A stretch of 64,000 nucleotides of DNA, taken from contig OZ024743.1 in NCBI GenBank assembly GCA_964016885.1, positions 169,818,001-169,882,000 on the forward strand, written 5' to 3'. The stretch is from Eledone cirrhosa (lineage: Eukaryota). Made by a program: the position numbers and the translations under genes. Every line of letters starts with the position of its first letter. Position 1 is the stretch's first letter. Shown here piece after piece: positions 12,273-25,836 of the stretch. A model generated the notes under the pieces. The model was not told the origin of the DNA and searched no databases. It saw nothing but the letters and a program-made list of their open reading frames with translations.

Positions 12273-13229
12273 ACTAGACATGAAAAATGCGCAAGCTCAA
12301 AAGTGCCACAGAATGTTATAATAAACCTTCAAAAGTGTGGGACTAGAGTTGTTGCTAAAAAATATTGTAATCATTATATATCGTACATTCTGTGGCATCC
12401 TTTATAAAAATAGCTTAAACCAACGAAGCCTTTATTTTTACGCTATTTCACTTAGTTAATTCTTAGAGTGTAACATATAAAAATATGATTTACAACTATA
12501 AAATAAATTAATTAATATAATAACAGAGCTGCGGAGCTGAAATTTAGGAAATAATGGAGTATCGGATCCTGAGTTGGAGCCAGTCAATTTTTGGCCGACT
12601 CCGCAGCCCTGTATAATACATTTCATATTAAAGTTATTAATAAACCTATTTTACACTGCATGCAAATTACCATGAGATATTGATATTAGATATAAGATAC
12701 AGCGCAATATCTACAGCTGTAAAAGTACGAAAGCGAAGTAATAATAAGTGGCTTAAGGTAATTCCAATATGAAAGTTTGTAGTGATAAAAATTTGATAAT
12801 GCAATACGATTGTTAATATTATAGTTCTATGAAAATGTAACAATAGATAACTAAATTATTTTACTATTAGTATATTTAAGAAATTATCATTATAGATTTG
12901 ATCGTTCATATAAGCATCATATTAATTTTCAACACAATTATTTTGTTACTATGAGTATATGATAATAATATTACGTAATTATTTATAGCTGTTATTACAT
13001 TAAACATAGATGTATTTATTTTTAAATGTTACACTCTAAGAATTAACTAAGTGAAATAGCGTAAAAATAAAGGCTTCGTTGGTTTAAGCTATTTTTATAA
13101 AGGATGCCACAGAATGTACGATATATAATGATTACAATATTTTTTAGCAACAACTCTAGTCCCATACTTTTGAAGGTTTATTATAACATTCTGTGGCACT
13201 TTTGAGCTTGCGCATTTTTCATGTCTAGT
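12273..13229. repeat. About 204-bp near-perfect inverted repeat (12273-12476 / 13026-13229), each arm ending outward in CTAGT
   Basis: Direct comparison showed one mismatch. The CTAG at 12274-12277 is a candidate 3' terminus of the minus-strand Helitron. Confidence 0.85.
12524..12611. mobile_element. Tiny hAT-like MITE
   Basis: TIRs cagagctgcggag / ctccgcagccctg. Flanks tataataa / tataatac match at 7 of 8 positions, consistent with an 8-bp TSD. Confidence 0.65.
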
Positions 13230-13780
13230 TTAATATTTTTTTAAGGCAACGCTTGTAATAACTCTAGTTAAACAGGATATATATTAATAATAAATTATCG
13301 TTGTAATGTAATTAGATTATGTAATTGTTATTATAAATTATCTTATAAATATTAGTGTAAGATGTATAAAAATATTTTCAGACTTTTAATATAAACAACT
13401 ACAAAAAACAATCAATATTAAATCAATATATTATACATAATAGAAAACATAAAATAAACAATACAAAAACAAAATATTTACATACAATTGCAATTATCAG
13501 TGTATATACATTTTCTTTATATTCCCTGAGCAAATTAATAAGATTTGTTTTTATTGTACATAATTTGATGACTTGTTGGAGTGTATTAAAAGATAGCAAC
13601 AATTTGTGATTAAATTGTTATCTTAAGCAACTCACTTTTTAATACTTGTTGGCTGAGCGAAATTGTAAAAGCCTATGAGCAAATATAAAAAAAAATACAC
13701 AAACAACATTTCCTTGTGTTATTACAACATTAGATAAAATAATTGAGCAATGTCGTTATATTTTGCTCTTATTGCACATT

Positions 13781-13952
13781 AATAGTGTTTCTATTTTTCG
13801 GCACAAATCCATTACGGCAGTCCATTACTGGTACTTTATTTTATCGAATTATTAAGTATGAAAGTCGAAGTTAACCTCGGCAGGATTTGAACTTAGAATG
13901 CAAAGGACCATAACAATACTGCAAAGCATGGTGTCTGACGCTCTACCAATAC
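13781..13952 (-). mobile_element. tRNA-derived SINE (Meta-like core), diverged
   Basis: Contains ttactggtactttattttatcga..gttaacctcggcaggatttgaact. Confidence 0.8.
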
Positions 13953-14417
13953 TTGTGTTGAGCTGGTCATTAATTTATGGTGGTCGTGCGTGGAGTAGAG
14001 CAATCGCTAGTTGAAATATGAACAAAACATTTTTATTTGCCGAAGAACATATTTTCAATACTGTTTGTGAATGTGACGAAGGAAATACATTCTGATATGG
14101 AACAGTGTACAAGGTGTGTCTGTGAATAACATAATGTTACCTCATGTTGTTGTCAAGACATAATGGATTTCGTATATCCAGTTAGAAGATGAAACCTAGC
14201 CATCTCGGATTAGTTATATTTCATGCCATGTGTAAACGTGTTTGAGGATAGCAAAATATGCGTGTTTCTTGTCTGGAAACTTTCTGCTAAACTGATTGGT
14301 TTCGTTTTTGGCACTATACAATACTCATCCAACAGATAGCTGTATTGGATCCTTGATTGGTTAATATTTAGGTGAGGGTGCTTGATGCAGAGTTAGTGCA
14401 AAATGGATCAATGAGTG

Positions 14418-15070
14418 TAATAATAATAATGATAATAATAATGAAAATATTGTGTACAATGCTGAGGTGCACTACAACTCATCAAAAGTGCATATATAAT
14501 ACATAGGGTAATATAAAAACGTCAGGAAAAAAGAACAGTGCATGAGTCATGATATACACATATGTGCATGTGTATGGAAGGGGGACATCAGGTGTAGTTT
14601 TGGTGTATTTCGGAATGTATGATGGTTTTAAAGGATGCAGTGTGTCATCAGCTAACAACTGATGCAGGAAGTTTGTTCCATCCTTCAGCAACTCTGAGCA
14701 TGAAGAAATATTTCCTAAAGTCATGGGAGCTGTGTTGTTTTCTGACTTTGTAGGCATGTCCACGTGTTAGACACATGGAGATCAAAAAGGTGTTCGGGGT
14801 TGTTGTTGGTCGGATGGTTAATAACTTTGTGGGTGTTTACCAAGTCCATTGCCAGAGGGAAGCAAAATATTCAGGGTATGGTAGGTGTCTGATGGAGGGT
14901 ATGCGCTTGGTTGCATGTCTCTGAACAGTTTCCAGGAGGTCAATGTTCTGAGCAAGATAGGGGTTCCAGACTGATGACGCGAACTCCAAGTGTATTCGTA
15001 CCATAGATGTATACAGCTTTAAATAGATGGCTGGAGAGCAGCTAATGAAGGTCTTGCTGATTGATGCCAA
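14418..15070 (-). mobile_element. 3' fragment of a CR1-type LINE
   Basis: LYTSMVRIHLEFASSVWNPY..LETVQRHATK, then TRGHAYK..RKYFF..WNKLP in another frame. (ATT)n-type tail at about 14420-14443. Confidence 0.85.
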
Positions 15071-15371
15071 GTCAATCTTAATAAATTGACTGATTTATCT
15101 GTTCACTACTGCTAATCCACTGCTGTTTGTACAATTTTTTAGATAATGTCAATTTGAGCTTGAATCATTGGCGTAATGAAATTTGAAAAGATTATAAGCA
15201 AATCTTTTTTAAAATACACAGACAACATTTAACTGTATCATTGCAACATTAGATCTAATAATGGAGCAACATTTGTGCAGAATTATTGTTTGTGCAATAA
15301 GATATTTTTTTTTCTCCTATTGTTGATTTAAATTTCATATGTCGATTATTATAGTTGAATTAATAAAAAAA

Positions 15372-18300
15372 TTAAATATTACATACAAATAGTTTAACAT
15401 AATAATAAAAAAAATAATCCAACATAATAATAATAAAATAATTTAACACAAAACAATTTCGCCCGAAAGGAGAAATGCCTTGGGCAAAGTCACAAAACAA
15501 TTGGCACAATCTCAAGTGAATGAATGCCAACTGCAAATGACTGACCATGCTAATCTCATCGATTATGATCAGTCGGACATATTGAAGCCCCATCCTCAGC
15601 ATTTTCAAAAAGTCCTTTGGTAGATCATCGTACACGGGAGTTTTACCATGCTGCACTTTGAGCTTTAGCATTCGATGAACAGTCATGCCGTTGAGTTGGA
15701 AAGCAGCCATTCCTGTGGGTGCCGATATCACTACGCTCGGGCCATTGTCATTTGGATACATGTACTGAATTTTATCAGCCAGTACATTTATCAAAAAACT
15801 CTTGCCCGTGCCACCAACACCTGAAACAAATTTCAAGACTTGTGGACAATCATCGCAACTACATCTCGGATAAGGTTTGCTGTTGTCCCAATGTTTGTCT
15901 TGTTTGTCAATACCGGCAACGATATCGTCATAAATTTTTCTTTGCACTTCATTCAGTTTATTTTCTTTATGCCTCAGTGCATCCTCATTGACATCTCTCA
16001 TGCAAGGCAAATCGACATTAGCATCATCAACTGCCAACGCCTCCATGTGATCACCGCAAGAATGGTCATCATTATCATGAGACTGAGGTTCGTTTTGAAT
16101 ATGTTTGGCTTGTTCCAGCGCATTCTCCAAACGTTTGCGCACATTCTGGAACCTGACCATTTCAGATAAATGGTTTGCGCACTGTTCAAAAGACTCTTTA
16201 TAAGTCTCACAACCTCCCAGCAAGTCTTTTTCCTCGTCTCGCCAAGGTTTAAAGAGCATAAGCAGGTTGTGGTGATAGCGCTCACAGGTATCTGCAGTCA
16301 ATCTAATGTTTGGCGACTTCACAATCCGCTCTTTCACAGATTTGAAATAGCCAAGATTATTTCTCAACCTGAAGTCGTCATCAAAATTGCTGTTACCAAT
16401 TGGATTCACATGTTCGTATTTACTCGCAAGTTCATACAAACACATGTGCTCCATCGAATCAGGCCTGTTTGGATACCAATTTTCAACCATATTCTCATAA
16501 TAAAGATCGGTAGAATACGGTTTCAATTTATCCAGTTCATACTGAGGCCTGAACCTGTGGGATCGGTAACTAGGCAAATCGGCTCCAATCCAAATGAGGC
16601 TTTCAGAGCATCCATAAAAATGGTGGCCAAGCAATTTGTCTGCAGCCTCATAGGCACCTGTATCACGCTTGCCCATCAGCTTAAGTCCGACACTCTTGTA
16701 TCTGGAGTAAATGGACTTGGACTTGTCAATCTCAGCCCAAATACCTTCAGTTTCAGTCTTTTTGGACTTTGTCTGATAACTAGTAACATATCGGTTTAGA
16801 ATCATGCTATCTTCACCGATGTATTGGATATCGACATTAGCTTTCCAGACATACAGAACAACAGGATTGTAGTCATTGATGCACTCTTCCCCTTGTCGTC
16901 TGTCAAGCTTGTACAACTTTTTGACAGCTCTACCTTTGTGTTGAGATTTTATGCACTCGTTGACGCTAAGCAAATTGAAATTCCCGATAGGACGAGGAAA
17001 TCCAAACCTGCATCGAGTGTAAAAACGACCACTCGAAAATATTTGCCTTTTGCAGGATCCACTACACACATGTCGTTGAAAACGCAACACCAAGTCTGAC
17101 AAAACGGGGCTTTCTACATTGGACGGCATGCGACATGTGATCATGGACTGTATAAACGTCTGAATAGCATACTTGTCGTCTCTGTCCATAATAGGGCCAT
17201 CTTTAATCCATAATTTCATGTGAACATGCGGAGCACCTCTCATTTGGTATTCCAACCTCCAAAAAAAGTGCTCGACAATACCAAACGGAGAATTGGTATG
17301 TTTAACAACTTCTTTCATAAAGGTGGTGAACCGATGGTGAAAATGTTCGCTAACAGCCACCACGTCATCCGCGCACAACTCATTGGTGCGTTTTCTAGAA
17401 ATGTCTGGTATGTCAGCATTCAACTTTTCCAGGAACTGTCTCAGATCAGGCCAAAAGTACTCTGCACAAGACAAAGTTAAGAACAAGTGGGCCGGGCCAA
17501 ATTTCTCGTCCATAGCGATCAAGTCTGAACATTTTCTAGACCAAAACTGCTTGGAACCACGGACATTGGCCATCATCATATTTAAATTGCCCTCTAGGTG
17601 CCTGTCATTTTCATGAAGCCGCCTTCTAAACTCGCTTATAGTCATGCGGCTGTTTTTGGTGGTCTTCATGATGGCATATATACCAGAATCAATGCCTCTC
17701 TTGTCGGCTTTATCAAGACAAAACATGAGATATTGTATATCTCGCCGAAATCTAGAGTCGCTATGATTCAGTCTGTTTCTTATGAACATGTATGGCTTTA
17801 CAGCGCCAAACGGTCTATTGTCCACGAAAATGCCAAACTGACCAGTTGGATAAAGACAAGGAAAGCACAACAACTCAAGTTTTTTATCATTGTCTGCAAT
17901 GAAATCGCCTTCCACTCTTTTCATTTTGTACAAAGCCAAGTCAGTGTCTGCAGGGAGACACGGATTCATGTCTTTAACAGTGTGATGCTCATAGGTAATG
18001 CCAGCATTCGATTTAAGTAAAAGATTATCGAATTTGGCATTATTAACTCCCGAGCACTCGACAATGTTTTCATTTTCCGTATCGGCGTAGCGATTGATCT
18101 TAACATCGGCATACATTACATTGTTTGCTGCAAGCCAATCAAGTGCCTTCAATACTTTACTCATGTCTACCATTGAACGCCAGATAATTTGTTTCCGCGA
18201 AGGCAAGCTATCAACGACTATTTTAAGCATGTCGTCTTGAAGCGCAGGTAACGTATCCATGGTGCGGTTAATAGTTCCGTCCATAGGCAAAGGCAAGTGA

Positions 18301-20182
18301 ATTGCAATTCCTTTAATAGCGGAAATGCATGCTGAAATATTGCCTTTGAATGAGTATGGCACCAGTTTTATTACATTGACGAAACATTTGGCCCGTTGTA
18401 CAAGTATTCGCTCATATGTATTAAGATCAGCAAGTTCTTTGGGAACGGCAGCAACGCCCAAGCCATTTATTGAGGCCATTGAAGGCACCCCACTGTTGCG
18501 CAAATGTGTAGTGCATGTTGTGCAGACTGTGCAAGGCAAAGAGTAGTTGGCAGTTATTGCATCCTTTGCAACGGCCGTTTTAAAATATCTAGAGTTCCAA
18601 TTATCCCAAACTTTTAGTTCCTTGCTATATTTGCGCAGTTTGCAGATATGACAATGTTGGATTTTATCGTTGGTAATTTCAGATTGAAATCTTTGAACTT
18701 GATTACCATATTTATGAATGACATCTGCATCAGTGTGTTCGACATCATTGAAACCAGGTCACATATTATTGAATTTAACTGCAATAGCACGCTCAATGTT
18801 GGCAACGTCTGTCAAATTCTCAAAGTTGGTCCAATCGCCATTGAAAACAGCTTCATTGTACTTGTTGAGCCAAATACATAAGGACCGAACTTTATAAATT
18901 TTCCTCAGCAATGTGCGCAACTTTGGCGAGTGAACTGCTATGGATTTTAAAAAGCCAAATTCACTGGTGCAGCCAGTTTGACCGATGCAGTGCTGATCAT
19001 TATCATGAGTAACATTGCAAAACTCATATTTCTCGATCAACTGCCTTATTTCAGCAACTGTCATATCGGGATTGAGTTTTGGAAGTTTATCATCAATTCT
19101 TTGGCACAAAGTTAGACGAGCAGCTGAGTCATTTGGACATGTATCTAAGACCCGCAAGGTCTAACCAAACATTTAGACACATCATTATCATCATTCTGCT
19201 CGTCAGCATTAGCCATGTCATTCACAATGTTGTCTGTCTCCTCATTATTGATAACGACTATTCGGACTTTCTCAACGGACTGATTTTTAAACTCATCCAT
19301 TTTCATGTACTTTGCAGTGCTCTTGTCAAAATTAGGAAGTTCATTGGTGGAACTGTGATAATGTTGATTTCCCCAATAATGCAACAAACCGTTAGCATTG
19401 ACCTTTTCCATCAATGTATGCACAGCTTTAACATTTATTTTTAATTGAGCACACACAAAATTTCGCATCCCAACAGATCTGGAGAACACACTCAGCACGT
19501 GACTATATGCGTCGTTGCGAAGATTGGTATCTGTTATTGTCTTTTTATATGACTTAACAAATTGGGACATCAAGATCTGATGCTGCATCCGGAAGTCAAC
19601 CATTTTATTTAGTTTCTTCATTTGATACAAAGACCGCTTATGAAGAAACTTTTTTTTATAATATGTTTTCTCATAAGACTGTATATTATCTTTATGGTGA
19701 ATTTTATACATAGCCCTTGTTTGTAATACTTTGTCTTGATTTGCAGATCTGTACTTGGTCTGCTCTTTAGCTAACTCGGTACGTTTAGAAGCTCTACGCT
19801 CGGCTTGCTTTTGAGATATAATAGCTGAATTTGCAGATCTATACTTGGCCTGCTTGTTTGCCAACTCATACCGTTTTGAACATCTATACTTGGCCTGTTT
19901 TTGTGTTAATTTAGCAAAATTCACAGCTCTATAATCGGCCTGTTTTTGTCTCAACTTCTCCCGATTCCGCATCCGGTAAGCTGCTTTCACATCCAATTTA
20001 ATACGCCCATCTAGATTATTAGCACAGGAATGTGAACAAGCTTGTGGGACCACATCATTGTAAGTATATGAACTGCCTGCAACATCAAGACCCAATTCAC
20101 AAGTGCAGCGTTGCTCATTCACATCGGCAGTGGGGACACCAAAATCAGTGACAGGTCTCGATTCACTCGCGAGATACATCAC
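15372..20182 (-). pseudogene. Helitron/Helentron-type Rep (HUH) + Pif1 helicase gene, about 1600 codons, C-terminally truncated or spliced
   Basis: The 1055-aa ORF has a DUF6570-like region, Rep motifs HLFLTLSC and EYQMRGAPHVH, YVTSYQTK, Walker A GVGGTGKS, APTGMAA and Walker B IIIDEISMV, and stops matching at PFG. ORF 18759-19157 is in frame with it, separated by one TGA at 18759-18761. ORF 19145-20182 joins through one frameshift near 19160. Confidence 0.9.
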
Positions 20183-20352
20183 AGCTACACTATATATTTA
20201 AACATATATACAGTGATACCTCGCTACTTGGCGGTTCATACGCTATATATATATATATATAAATATAAGTAATTAATACCGTATAAATGGTACAAAGACT
20301 GTTTATGTAAAATGTATTTCTCAACAGAGTATTGAATACTTAGGAGAAATTC

Positions 20353-20672
<320 letters not shown>

Positions 20673-22149
20673 TCTAGTCCTTCGCTCAAGATTAATCTAT
20701 AAGTTTAGATGTCTGCCTTCGTTTAAGTAAATATTACAGTAAGATTTTTAATATAAACAACTACAAAAAACAATTAATATTAAAACGAAAAAATTATCAA
20801 TGATAAAAGAAGCGGATGCAACTTTTTTTTTTATAAAGTTATATTCCTGTTTCTTTAAAGAACATTTCATTTTTGTTCTATTGTAGGCGAAATAATGCAA
20901 TGGTTTAATAGGGAAGATATAACTTACGAATTATGTCTCTAACCGTGTAACGCTTTTTAAGTAGATAACTACAATTGAAAATACTAAAGAAATGGAACCA
21001 ACAATTCAATTTGAAAGTCGTCTAGTGACAGTGTATTACTGGTACTTTATTTTATCGACCCCGTAACGATGAAAAGCAAAAATGCAAATGCTTAAAATTT
21101 AAATTGCCTTAATTCTATCGTCTGCTGTTTCATTAAAGGGAGATTATCATCTGTATTTAATTCTATCGTCTACTGTTCCACTAAACAGATATACCTCCAC
21201 TATCATCTCTATTTATACATTTTAACTTATAACTTATACACATTTGATTTGAAATATTTTATCTAGTCCCCCCTCTCAATATTATGATGATTTCTTTCGA
21301 ATGAAACAGTTCTAGTCCTGTAGAAGCCATTTATATATATAATTGAACTGAGTTAAAAATTCACAATATTTATAATTAAATAAGCTCATATATATATGTG
21401 TGTATTTATCTGTTTATTGTATTATATATAATGTGTGTATATACAGGATGTCCCCCAAAAATATATACACACTTCAACAGCATTCTAATAACTATTGCCT
21501 GTACAGGTAATCAAAGTGTCAATCGAATGTTAGTTTCGTGTTTTAACAGTACAAATTTACAATACACACATAAAACCAGTGTATATACATACATGAGTGT
21601 GTATACACATACATGAATGTGTATATACAATATATATGTATATATATATAGACACATATATTCACGGTGCAACGGTACATTAAAATATAGATGCGGGAGA
21701 GGGGGGTGTATATATAGGGGCGCTGGGGATAAAGGAGTGTAAAGCGTGTGTAATTGATATATTGAAGGAGATGAGCGTGCAGCGATAGAGTAACAAATAT
21801 GTAGAGAGGGGGAGAGATGGTATTGAAGGGGAGGAGTGCAAAGCGAAAGAGTAAGAGAGATATATATAGAGACGGAACAGATAGAGAGAAACAGGCGTAA
21901 GTAACAGTGGAAGAGATATAGAGAGAGGTACTCTGATTGGTTGAAAATTAGCCAATGACATACGATCACCACCACCACGGCTATCCCCGAAAAATTTTTG
22001 AAGAAGCTAGGCATATATGTTAGAACACGAAAAGTGAACATTCTGTTGTTTCACACTTTTCGTGTTCTAACAGATAAGCAAAATTTTCTATCGGGTAATC
22101 ACTACCTTGATTAAATCTTAACCATTTAAAATCTCAGGGTATGTCATGT

Positions 22150-22219
22150 ATCATTATATTTTGTTTGATGAGGACGTACTGTTGTACATCCGAAATATGT
22201 ATAATAAAATGTAATTGAT
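22150..22219 (+). ncRNA. Minimal type I hammerhead-like ribozyme (family C)
   Basis: Stem I atca-ttatattttg pairs with taaaatgtaa-t-tgat. Core tTGATGA (C3 replaced by T), stem II ggacgtac/gtacatcc, GAAA, then tatg-TA as a minimal stem III and UH site. Confidence 0.7.
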
Positions 22220-22380
22220 CAAAAGAACATCTATTTTATTAATACTTATATTTTAATATTAATAACTCCTGAAAATTTTCTCCGTTGAGTGCTTCCAATC
22301 TACTGTAAAACTCATTCTTTGGCATAATCATCGAATATTGTTTAACAACTTAATACTTATATATATATATATATATATAT

Positions 22381-22540
22381 TTATTAAAATAACAGATTAA
22401 AGTTTAAGCAAAGAATCGCTGCTTTCACTCTTAAGGGTGAAATTAAACTTTAATCTGTTATTTTAATAAATATTTGCTCTACGGTTCTTATATATCCGAT
22501 ATATATTTATCCTTATCGAGCCTTCTTTGGATTTTAACCC
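22381..22540. mobile_element. Fold-back relic of the pLTR of the 36.2-39.1 kb PLE (family B)
   Basis: 22381-22430 is antisense and 22431-22540 is sense to the pLTR at 36230-36350. The inversion point is at ctttcactcttaagggtgaaa. Confidence 0.8.
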
Positions 22541-23179
22541 CCCCACCTCACCCCCCACTCTCAAAAGCCTGAACCTAATAAACCTTTATTAGGTTCAGGC
22601 TTTTGAGGGGGTGTTTAAAATCCAAAGAAGGCTCTTTGTTGAGTTTTTTTCGGAATGATTTGACTGCTGTTTCTTGTAAACAGTCATTCATCTCATTCTG
22701 ACATCACTAGCCCTGTTCTCCATGTGTGTTTATTATCTTAATTCCACACAAGGTGTAACTAGCCTGCTTTTAAATTCCCTTCTGGCATATTTTAGCAGTG
22801 GTTTGGTTATTGTGTTGAGCTCTACTGATGAATAGCTCCAACCATGACTAACCCCACTGAAAAGTTTCGTGAAATAGTCTTTTTAAGACTATATAGAGCA
22901 TTTGTAGATTTTTCCAAATTGAAGGATAAGTATTTACTCTTAATTTTATTCTGAGTTAAGATTCTATTGGTTTTTTCCCTGGATTACACAAAATCTGTGG
23001 ATAAAATTCCTGTCTTGACTTTTTTTAATTGGGATTGAATTATTTTCCCATATCTTACGTTAAATATTTTCCATCTTGACGTAATAGTCACTTATATGTA
23101 TGAATTACTGTTGGCTTCTTGATCACATTAATTTCTCTATTTTCATTTATATATATATATATATATATACACACACATG

Positions 23180-23700
23180 TCATCATCACTGTTTAACATC
23201 TATTTTCCATGCTTTTCCATAACTTGGGTTAGATGAGTCATCCACGTTATGAGACAAGTCTTACCAGTTGGCCGTGCCGTACCTTGCTGAAACAGAACTG
23301 TATATTGGCTGGAATTTTTACAGCTGGATGTCTTTCCTAAAACCAACTGCGTTTATAATGTGAAACTGTGTGGTCTTGTTAAGTTTCGCCAGATCGCTGT
23401 CCTATACCTTGCACATATTGGGACTGTGTGTGATGGCTGTTTTTATTTTATGGCTGCTGGATGCCCTTCCTGTCACAAACTACATATACAGTGTGGGACT
23501 AGGTGGCACTGTTATGAGGAGGGTCTGGCCAGATAGCTGTGCCGTAGACTACAGAACCATATTTTGGGAGCTGGGTGGTCCCATTATGAGTGAGGTATGG
23601 TTAGTTGGCCGTGCCATACCTTTCTCATAGTGGGGTCGTATTTAGGCTAAGTTTTTATGGCGGCTACATGCCAACCATGTTAATAGTGATATTTAGAGTA
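23180..23700 (-). mobile_element. Diverged RTE-type LINE/SINE 3' UTR remnants
   Basis: Motifs catcatcactgtttaacatc..ccatgc and cagctggatgtctttcctaa shared with the other 3' UTR copies. Confidence 0.6.
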
Positions 23701-25425
23701 GGTGTATATACAATATATATACCACACATACTTGTATATAAACATATAATACATAATACGCAATATACATATATAATATACATTAATACACATACGAGAG
23801 TAATACACATGTACATATATAACATAACACATATATATATAATATATATACATCATACATATACACTAGGGGGGAGGGTGTCGAAATTTTATATTCTGAT
23901 TCCACTTGGTGTTCATTTTGGTGAGAAATAAATCAACAAATTTTAAAAAGTATGCGATCACCCCTTACCCCTCGCATAGCCCCCCCCCCCTCCATTCTGC
24001 GTTTTGAATACTGAAAATTTAAGGAACTGTAAACTTGTTTTAATGTTATTAACTTTGTATTGGTTAAATATTACCTATATAACTTTTTATAAATGATATG
24101 CAACGAAATACATGAACAGTGAACACCATAAAATAAGCATTAATAGTATTTACTATTTAATTAAATGACCATTATCTTTTCCAGTCAAAGTGAGGTAAAC
24201 TTTGTCTTGGTTTCTGTACATTTGATTTCCGTAGCCTATTCTGATTTCAGAAGCTTTTGTCACTAAATTGAAAGCATGCTCGACTCCATGGCTATGACAG
24301 AGAAGAGGTATTGCTATTAATGGTCCTGAATGACTTTAAGAAGATGAACATTTGTAAAGTTCCGTAAAACTGGAGGCGATGTTATAACTTCATTTTCCCA
24401 GTTAATTAAATCAACATAATCCTGTGCTTCAAAATTAATTTTGCTTGGTTGTTTGAAATTTCTTAATTCTTTATGGGGCATTTGGGGAAAAGTTCTTGCT
24501 TTAATAATTCGCTGAATTGCTACTTCCCTAATTTGTCTTCTTAAAATATTCTCCGGATGGGCAAAATACTAATTAGTTTTTAACGATTTCTCCATTATGA
24601 TAATTTCTTTATGATCTTGGTTCATATCTTGCATTAGATGTGTCATATACCAAAAATTACTTGCTCCTTCATGTAACTTTGGGTGAGATTTAATCCAGAA
24701 CCAGCTTGGAGCATAAACTTGTGTTATGATTTTAACAAGATCCATAATATTCTTTTGGGGATTTTTTCCGAAACATATAAGAGAAGAATTCTGTTTGCAC
24801 GTGTTAACCACCTTGCATGATGGATTTTACCAGGTGATCTTGTTGCTAACTGCTCAGAAACAAACCCTGTCTCAATACTGAGGCACATTTCATACAGATA
24901 TTTTTGATCTGAGCTTAAAGTATCAACAACTTCTAATGGCAATTCCTTCACTTAAGTTTTTACTGGAGAAAATTTGATTATCCTTAAGTTTGTTACATCT
25001 TCTTTAATTTCATTGCCAATTAAGCCTTTTGATGTTCGTAGTCCTGTTGTTTTTCCATCTATGGAAGCTCATCTATATGTAGCAGGCATATCAGCCACTG
25101 AAGTGGTTTGTTTAAGAATAATTAAATTATTTTAATTACTCCTCCTAAATGACCAGTGTTTACTGGAGTGCCATTACCTAATACAGCCTTTAAACTTTCT
25201 TGACTATCAGAAACAATTAAAAAAGTAATAATTTCTTCTGCAATGCAACAAGCTGTTCCATTATCTGGGGAAACATGATCTAAATACTCATCACCGGGCT
25301 CTTTCACAATAACATAGTGCTCTTCACTTTCCATCCCTCTTGCTGTTTTAGTTTTATCCTTTCTGCCATCAAAACTGATGCAGTTGAGCTTTGTATTTTC
25401 TGTTTTCATTATTATAATATTGTTA

Positions 25426-25620
25426 AGGGCGGTGGATTGGCAGTATCGGTAGAGGGTCGGACGCCATGCTTTCCAGCATAGTTACGTCCCTTTACGATCT
25501 GAGTTCAAATCCCGCCGAGGTTGACTTTGCCTTTCATCCTTACGGGGTCGATAAAATAAAGTACCAGTAATGCACTGGGTAATTTGCTGGCCTTGTGCCT
25601 AAAGTAGAAACAATTATTAT
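25426..25620 (+). mobile_element. tRNA-derived SINE (Meta-like core) with TSD
   Basis: Full copy flanked by attataatattgtt / attataatgttgtt. Confidence 0.9.
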
Positions 25621-25836
25621 AATGTTGTTTTTTCCAACTCTTTTTCTTTCTCTTTCAACTTTTTTCTTATCTAGCATATTTGTATCATTTAAAATTCCCA
25701 TATATCTCCAAGCTGCATTAACAATGGCAGCAGCAACTCTGCAACTTACTCGATATCTGTCTGCTGTGATGGCTAGATTCTCATAAGTAAATCTGTTTTG
25801 TTGGTTTTCTCTCAGCTCATTGTCAGGAACAAAGTC

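Noticed and set aside
15372-18539. Host PIF1 helicase gene
   Set aside because: The helicase is fused to an HUH Rep domain, the region read is intronless, and it carries inactivating lesions. This is a Helitron-type protein.
18759-18761. Programmed readthrough or selenocysteine at the in-frame TGA of RepHel
   Set aside because: A CGA-to-TGA CpG transition is simpler, a frameshift also exists upstream, and no SECIS was recognised.
20208-20240. Tc1/pogo-like TIR fragments (tacagtgatacctcg; also tacaggatgtcccccaaaa at about 21442)
   Set aside because: Only single ends were seen, with no partner TIR, which is too little to call an element.
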